Positions 58,801-64,000 of a DNA stretch of 64,000 bases are shown one piece after another. The position numbers and the translations under genes were made by a program. Below the pieces are notes generated by a model. The model searched no databases. It saw only the letters and a program-made list of their open reading frames with translations, and was not told the origin of the DNA. The stretch is from sequence record NC_047713.1; one strand, given 5' to 3'. Position 1 is the first letter of the stretch; each line of letters begins with the position of its first letter.

Positions 58801-61800
58801 ACTTCTTCCAGGTTATCTCTGTTCCTTCTACCAAGTCTGTTCTAACTCAGGTTGGTCTATCCTCTATCGCCCACTCATACGCAAGTGGTGGTAAGTTCTA
58901 CACTGGTATCACTACTAATGTATTCCCACAGGTATTCACCGACCCCAACATCAAGGTAACCAACGCTGTATATGACGAAGTATCTGGTGTTATCACCATT
59001 ACTACTAACAAGGCACACGGACTCACTGCTACCGCACCTGTTCTACTACAGGACCTAAACTTCTCTTGCCTCTCTGGTGGTGTAGGAAACACCCCAGGCA
59101 ACCTTGTGTTCCCCAGGAACCAGGAAGTTTATGATGTTGTATCCGTTCTATCCCCCACCCAATATACGATCAATGTAGGTCCTTCTGACTTCGCTCACAC
59201 TTATGTTGATGGTGGTACTTCTACTACACAGAACATCACTAAGGCATCCTACAACAAAGGAACTGGTGATCTAACAGTAACCCTAGACAAGCAACACGGT
59301 TATTCAGTTGGTGATCGTGCTAGTGTGGTTGATCTCCTCTTCTCCTGTCAGTCTGGTGGTCCTAACAACCAACCTGGAACACTTCTATTCCCCAGACCTA
59401 CTGATGAGTATGAAGTTCTATCTGCAAGTGGTAAGACACTCACAGTTAATGTTGGAGCGTTCCCATCACTAGTTCATACCTATAAGAATGGTGGATCACT
59501 AACCTATAGTTCTACTGTACTTCCTGTAAGTAACGCAGTTTATGATCAATCAACTGGAGTTCTAACACTTACCACATCAGTTGCACTAGGGGCACCAGTT
59601 GGTTCTACCATTAAGATGCAGGGTCTAAACTTCTCCTGTGCTTCTGGTGGTCCTGGTAATGACGCTGGTGCTATTGTATTCCCAAGACTAGACACCCCTA
59701 CCTTCAAGGTTAAGGAAGTCAAGAGTGGTGTATCCTATGTTATTAATGTAGGGACCTCTACACTCTCACACACATATACATCTGGTGGTTTCTCCTCACT
59801 CAAGAAGTTGAAGAACGACCCCAATATTTTCAAAGTTATCGACACCCCATCACCTAGTAAGGTTATTACTAATGTAGGTGTCTCATCTATCGCTCATGAC
59901 TATGTGAGTGGTGGTAATATGTTTGTGGGTATCACCACTAATGTATTCCCTGATGGAACTCGCCCTGATGGAAGTAGGTTCGAAGTTATCTCCGCCCTAT
60001 CACCCAACCAGGCACTCATCAACATCGGTGTTTCTACTATCACCCACAACTACGATAGTGGTGGTAGGATGCAGTATGGTACTACCAATGAGAGACCTGT
60101 TCTAGACTTCCTATACGATGGTCAGACTGGTATCTCCACTGTAACTATTAGAGGAACTCATGGTTTGAACCAGGGTGACCTAGTGAAACTCAGAGGTCTT
60201 GAGTTCGCTTGTACTAACTCACCTGGTATTACAACTACTATCTTCCCAGATGGAACTGCCGCTGGTCTCAATATCTACAAGGTTACTGAGATTATTAGTA
60301 ACAGTACCTTCAAGACAAATGTAGGTAGAGTTGGATTCGATCATACTTACATCCAAGGTGGTTCCGCTTTCGTTGGTATCACTACTAACATCTTCCCAGA
60401 TGGAACACAAGGTTACAACTATACAGTTGCCGCCATTCCTAATAAGAATCAGGTAACAGTTGATGTGGGTATCTCCAGTATCCAACATGATTATATTCGT
60501 GGTGGATCACTATTCTCTGGTAAGACTAACGAGAGAGATATCGCAGACTTCAAGTATGATCACATCTCTGGTGATGCGGTTCTTACCTTCAGAAAGGCAC
60601 AGAACTTATTCACACAAGATCTAGTAAAACTTAAGAACCTTCAGTTTGATTGTCCAAACTCTACTGGTATCACTACTACTCTCTTCCCAGACGGAACCAG
60701 AAGTAACCTCTTCCTAATCAAGGAGAGACTAAACCCAACACAGTTCAAACTCAATGTTGGCACTTCACCATTCGGTCATGACTATGTGAGAGGAACAGGT
60801 CAGGCATTCGTTGGTATCACTACTAACATCTTCCCTGATACCAAGACACAACCAAGTAAGTTATTCAAGGTTGTTGATGTCCCAACTCCTACTACTATCT
60901 CCGCCAAGATTGGTGTATCCACTATCTCCCACTCATATGTTAAGGGTGGTAAGGTATTCGTTGGTATTAACACTGATATCTTCCCTGGAGATGAGCAAGT
61001 ATCACCACTAGGTGACACATATACAGTTCAGAGTATCACCAAAGATGGTGAGTTGGTTATCAATGTTGGACTATCTTCTATCAGTCACTCTTATGGTGGC
61101 GGTGGTAAGGTTCTATATGGACAGAGTTCTGGTAACAACCTACAACATATCACTGGTCCTGGTGTCCTAGATGCAACCATCGCCGCTGTGGACTTCGAGA
61201 AACAGGTAGCAATCAACGCACTAAACAACAGACCTTGGGGTTCATTCGTTCCTGAAGAGACTGCTGTTGTGGAGGCGTTCGCCTATGATAACCAGACTGG
61301 TTTCGGAACAGTAACTGCTAGAGGAATCAACGTCAACACTGGTGACACCATCAGAATGAGTGACATTCAGTTTGTTTGTTCTGAGGAGTACGCCGGTGTA
61401 ACCACTACCTTCTTCCCTGATAATACTAGACCAGAGGGTCAGTACTTTAGAGTAGAAAGAAGAATCAACATCGATGAGTTTGAAGTTAATATTGGTGTTT
61501 CTACTATCAAACACGTATTCAACTACGAAACAGGTGGTAACGTATATCGTTACAGACAGTCTATTCTAGATGTTAACTACGATAGATCCAGTGGTATCAC
61601 TAGTATCCGAGCAACCAAGCATGGTTACAAGGCGAAAGATATCGTGGAACTAGGTGATATCGAGTTCGATTGCCCCGTATTCAAACCTCAATATGATATT
61701 GAGAACTTTGTTTATGATAACACAACTGGTCTATCCACAGTTACTACTACTGTAGATAACACCATCAAGGTAGGTGACAATGTAAAACTAGCAGACATCA

Positions 61801-64000
61801 AACTAGAGTGTCCTCCATATGGTAACCAGAGAGTTATTGATAACTTTGTTTATGATAATAAGAGTGGTCTTTCCACCATATCACTAACAGCAGCACACGG
61901 ACTCAACCTAAGACCTAGACCTTCTGTTTCTATCTCTACCGCCCTCTATGATAACCAGACTGGTATCCTAACCGTTACCACCAATGCTGACATCAACTTC
62001 ACCGATAGAAGTGGTCAGGGTGTTCAACTCAGTGGTCTAAGGTTCTCCTGTGACTCCGCTGGTTTCCCTGGAACTCTCACCTACCCTGAAGAGAATCTAG
62101 TTTATGATATCCTAGAGATTCAGTCTCCTAGTAAGTTTAAGATTAATGTTGGTCTCTCCACTATCGCTCACGAGTATGTGAATGGTGGTGCCGCTACTAA
62201 GGTTGATAGATTCGATGTGAAACTACAGGGTATCAAGTTTGATTGTCCCGCCTATGGAAACACAATCGATGTTACTAACTTCCTATACGATCAGAGAAGT
62301 GGTAACTCACTAGTTACCGTAGATAAGGCACACAAACTATCTGTTGGTGATAACATCAAACTAGCGGATCTCAAGTTCCAATGTGCTCCATATGGTAACG
62401 ATTACAATGTTCTAAACGCAGATTACGACAACACAACTGGTATTATTACAGTAACCACTAACCAAAACATCAACGGTGTTGGTGTTGGTGATACTATTCG
62501 CCTCTCCAGACTACAGTTTGATTGTGTAGGTAGTGGTCCTGAGTATAATATCACTAACGTATTCTTCAATACTGGTAACAGATCAGTTATTCTCACAGTT
62601 CCTGAAAGACCAATTGGTCTAAACCCAGGTGATGACATTAAACTAACCAATATGTCATACCTAGAAGGTGGTAGTGGTAATGTAGTTGCGTATCCAGATG
62701 GAAGAGATTCAAGTCTAAACATCTTCCGTATCAATGATGTTCAACCTAACTCCATTCTCCCTGGATACTTCGATGTAACCACAGCGTTCCCCAATGTTAA
62801 GGATCCTTTCGCGATCTTCAACAATACTGGTAGACTAACCACTGGTATTACTACTAACATCTACCCTGAGAATGTAGGTGCTGAAGGTGGTTTCTATGAA
62901 GTTATCCGTCTAAGACAAGATAACCAGTTTGAGATTCAGGTAGGAACCTCTACTATCACTCACAACTATGTGAGACAAGGACAGATGTTTACTGGTGTAA
63001 CCACCAACTTCTTCCCTGGTAACCTACAGAACTCACCTAGAGGAAACATCTTTGAGATTGTGGAAGTTCCCACAGCAACACAGGTGAGAATCAATGTAGG
63101 TGTATCTTCTATCTCTCATAGTTATGATAGTGGTGGTCAGATGTTTGTTGGTATTACTACTAACATCTTCCCTGATGGAACCAGAGGTAACCTATTCCCA
63201 GTTGTTGGAGTGGCAAATACTCTCACCCTAAGAATCGACGCTGGTGTATCCAGTATTCCTCACAACTATGTTTCTGGTGGAGAACTATTCGTAGGTATTA
63301 CAACTAATATCTTCCCTGGTAACTCACAGAACTCACCAAGAGGTAGTATCTTCAAGGTTCTATCTAAGGATAATGAGTGTGGTTCTGATAGATTCACTAT
63401 CAACGTTGGTGTATCTTCTATCACTCACGGTTATGTTGAGGGTGGAACAGTCACCACTGGTGTTACAACTAATAAGTTCCCTGATGGAACACACGGATTC
63501 AAGTTCCCTGTTATCGATGTTCTAGATGACAACTACTTCACCGTGAATGTTGGTACTTCTACCATCACTCACACTTACCTCTCTGGTGGTTTCACTAGAA
63601 GACTTGAAGTTCCTATCAATAGTTTCGTATATGATAGAGTTTCTGGTCTATCCACAGTGGGTATCCAAAGTCACAGAATGAATATCGGTGACCTTGTGAA
63701 ACTTCGTGATGTGAAGTTCAACTGTGATCCATATGGTGGAGAAAAGACTATCTCTGGTGTTGTTTATGATAATACCTCTGGTAGAATGACCGTTAACACC
63801 ACTGGTTCTCATAGTCTAAACATCAATGATGTTGTGAAACTCTCCAATATTCAGTTGGATTGTTCCCCATATGGTAACGAGAGAACTATTACCGCCGCCA
63901 CCTACAACAGAAACAATGGAAACCTAAGTGTTCAGGTATCTGAACCTCACAACCTCAAGATTAGTGAGAATGTGAAACTCAAAGGTTTGGAGTTCTCCTG
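55890..64000 (+). CDS. Giant virion structural/fibre protein (>2700 aa, 3' end beyond the window) built from nested FCCH-like repeats
   Basis: ATG 55890 (MISTATKIKFKRSGVAGRRPS...). No stop seen when hand-translating that frame to 64000, and the ORF track lists nothing in this frame. Repeated YDxxTG..H.L.VGD.V.L..L.F.C and GITTNIFPDG..NVG.S.I.H.YVSGG. Confidence 0.92.
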   Translation, partial: MISTATKIKFKRSGVAGRRPSLADLQLGELGINYNDGKLFFRQENEVVGSRIIEPGQGDVIGKTIFVSTKGNDNNSGLNERDAKRTVKAAAAVAEPGDSIKLYPGQYIEDNPIVFKDRVSVEGMELRNVLVTPANPSKDLYQVGEAFHATNHSFVSNRDSTDGASIITYRPLEGTASDRYFDAARLIRDNLSFIANETVGFLTSGYSGFAAGQRSQDAARALELNKNFIVEEAFQYINSPDYTGATYFNPDPAQCKRDLGNIIDGWRYDLISDGNTRSTGLGLTYYAPIPFVNSANVADLVYNRNNGDVLIETDVDTQVSVGEKIKLQDIRLECGSYNNDFLITGFKYDNTSGIGTVNLPFIHNVKVGDLVKFDGLEFDCPAYGAIEYGIQDFKYNETTGGSVVTLTEDHDLKIGDTIELRDLQFDCPAYGGDFTNIINLEYNKTSGQGVITYDKPADLKSGDVVILYDLTLTCDAYGNAISVTDFSYDNFTGITEVEVNRPHNLRPGDLIKLENLKFSCDSYLNETYKVSNFVYNESTGDSVLTLTEPHSLVAGKNVRLADLVFSCNSYVPTAKAISDFQYDEVVGISTITLASPHNLSVGEQFRLEDLVFSCNSYSFTDIPIIDAPYDNVTGYVTLSFSGDHGQQVGERVRLRDIEYSCPGGSGITTTLFPDGTFGYEFEILSVPNTKKMILNVGTSTIEHSYVSGGTATVGITTTIFPDGTQGFDFNVSSVNSSTVIEASVGISTIAHNYVSGGSLFVGFTTTVFPDGTQGDTFRVNSIPSSTQISVNVGVSSIAHTFVSGGTATDLDSFIPVSGFTYNEGDGTGLVSLDKAHNLVVGDSFVLEDLKFNCNSYRTGGTSTIDITNFEYDKVTGLSTVTLSSSHNLHVNDTVALYDIKFSCPGGSGITTNIFPDGTRDNFYDVVADLNPNQIIVRVGKSDITHTYASGGSLSVGITTNIFPDGTRPSGDFFQVISVPSTKSVLTQVGLSSIAHSYASGGKFYTGITTNVFPQVFTDPNIKVTNAVYDEVSGVITITTNKAHGLTATAPVLLQDLNFSCLSGGVGNTPGNLVFPRNQEVYDVVSVLSPTQYTINVGPSDFAHTYVDGGTSTTQNITKASYNKGTGDLTVTLDKQHGYSVGDRASVVDLLFSCQSGGPNNQPGTLLFPRPTDEYEVLSASGKTLTVNVGAFPSLVHTYKNGGSLTYSSTVLPVSNAVYDQSTGVLTLTTSVALGAPVGSTIKMQGLNFSCASGGPGNDAGAIVFPRLDTPTFKVKEVKSGVSYVINVGTSTLSHTYTSGGFSSLKKLKNDPNIFKVIDTPSPSKVITNVGVSSIAHDYVSGGNMFVGITTNVFPDGTRPDGSRFEVISALSPNQALINIGVSTITHNYDSGGRMQYGTTNERPVLDFLYDGQTGISTVTIRGTHGLNQGDLVKLRGLEFACTNSPGITTTIFPDGTAAGLNIYKVTEIISNSTFKTNVGRVGFDHTYIQGGSAFVGITTNIFPDGTQGYNYTVAAIPNKNQVTVDVGISSIQHDYIRGGSLFSGKTNERDIADFKYDHISGDAVLTFRKAQNLFTQDLVKLKNLQFDCPNSTGITTTLFPDGTRSNLFLIKERLNPTQFKLNVGTSPFGHDYVRGTGQAFVGITTNIFPDTKTQPSKLFKVVDVPTPTTISAKIGVSTISHSYVKGGKVFVGINTDIFPGDEQVSPLGDTYTVQSITKDGELVINVGLSSISHSYGGGGKVLYGQSSGNNLQHITGPGVLDATIAAVDFEKQVAINALNNRPWGSFVPEETAVVEAFAYDNQTGFGTVTARGINVNTGDTIRMSDIQFVCSEEYAGVTTTFFPDNTRPEGQYFRVERRINIDEFEVNIGVSTIKHVFNYETGGNVYRYRQSILDVNYDRSSGITSIRATKHGYKAKDIVELGDIEFDCPVFKPQYDIENFVYDNTTGLSTVTTTVDNTIKVGDNVKLADIKLECPPYGNQRVIDNFVYDNKSGLSTISLTAAHGLNLRPRPSVSISTALYDNQTGILTVTTNADINFTDRSGQGVQLSGLRFSCDSAGFPGTLTYPEENLVYDILEIQSPSKFKINVGLSTIAHEYVNGGAATKVDRFDVKLQGIKFDCPAYGNTIDVTNFLYDQRSGNSLVTVDKAHKLSVGDNIKLADLKFQCAPYGNDYNVLNADYDNTTGIITVTTNQNINGVGVGDTIRLSRLQFDCVGSGPEYNITNVFFNTGNRSVILTVPERPIGLNPGDDIKLTNMSYLEGGSGNVVAYPDGRDSSLNIFRINDVQPNSILPGYFDVTTAFPNVKDPFAIFNNTGRLTTGITTNIYPENVGAEGGFYEVIRLRQDNQFEIQVGTSTITHNYVRQGQMFTGVTTNFFPGNLQNSPRGNIFEIVEVPTATQVRINVGVSSISHSYDSGGQMFVGITTNIFPDGTRGNLFPVVGVANTLTLRIDAGVSSIPHNYVSGGELFVGITTNIFPGNSQNSPRGSIFKVLSKDNECGSDRFTINVGVSSITHGYVEGGTVTTGVTTNKFPDGTHGFKFPVIDVLDDNYFTVNVGTSTITHTYLSGGFTRRLEVPINSFVYDRVSGLSTVGIQSHRMNIGDLVKLRDVKFNCDPYGGEKTISGVVYDNTSGRMTVNTTGSHSLNINDVVKLSNIQLDCSPYGNERTITAATYNRNNGNLSVQVSEPHNLKISENVKLKGLEFS

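Noticed and set aside
55988-62734. Short ORFs listed in other frames and on the minus strand inside the giant gene
   Set aside because: They are shadow ORFs of a long stop-free coding frame.
55890-64000. Recurring GGTATCACTACTAACATCTTCCC-like DNA repeats as a CRISPR array or DGR template/variable repeat
   Set aside because: The repeats are degenerate at synonymous positions, irregularly spaced and in frame within one ORF. No cas or reverse transcriptase gene is in the window.

Overview
A 64-kb segment of a T4-like cyanomyovirus (most likely a Synechococcus phage), almost entirely on the + strand. It holds core replication genes (uvsX, gp41 helicase, gp61 primase, nrdA/nrdB, mazG, dam), tRNA-Arg(UCU) and tRNA-Asn(GUU) with neighbouring structured RNAs, and a nuclease/second-MTase/sigma-factor cassette. 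It also has five 2OG-Fe(II) oxygenase genes, lysis-type enzymes, and host-derived metabolic genes (psbA, psbD, two hli, petF, cpeT-like, def, talC, and an NdhP-like peptide missing from the ORF track). A ~10-kb glycan island includes gmd, an fcl/colC-like gene, a ColD-type dehydratase, GT11, GT6, GT25 and two sulfotransferases. A type IV pilin operon and a mosaic tail fibre follow. The last 8.1 kb is one open frame (>2700 aa) that runs off the window and so is absent from the ORF track. By hand translation its repeats are split half-domains that open and close like balanced brackets (15/15 and 8/8), which implies recursively nested domain insertions. This is the most unusual signal in the window.
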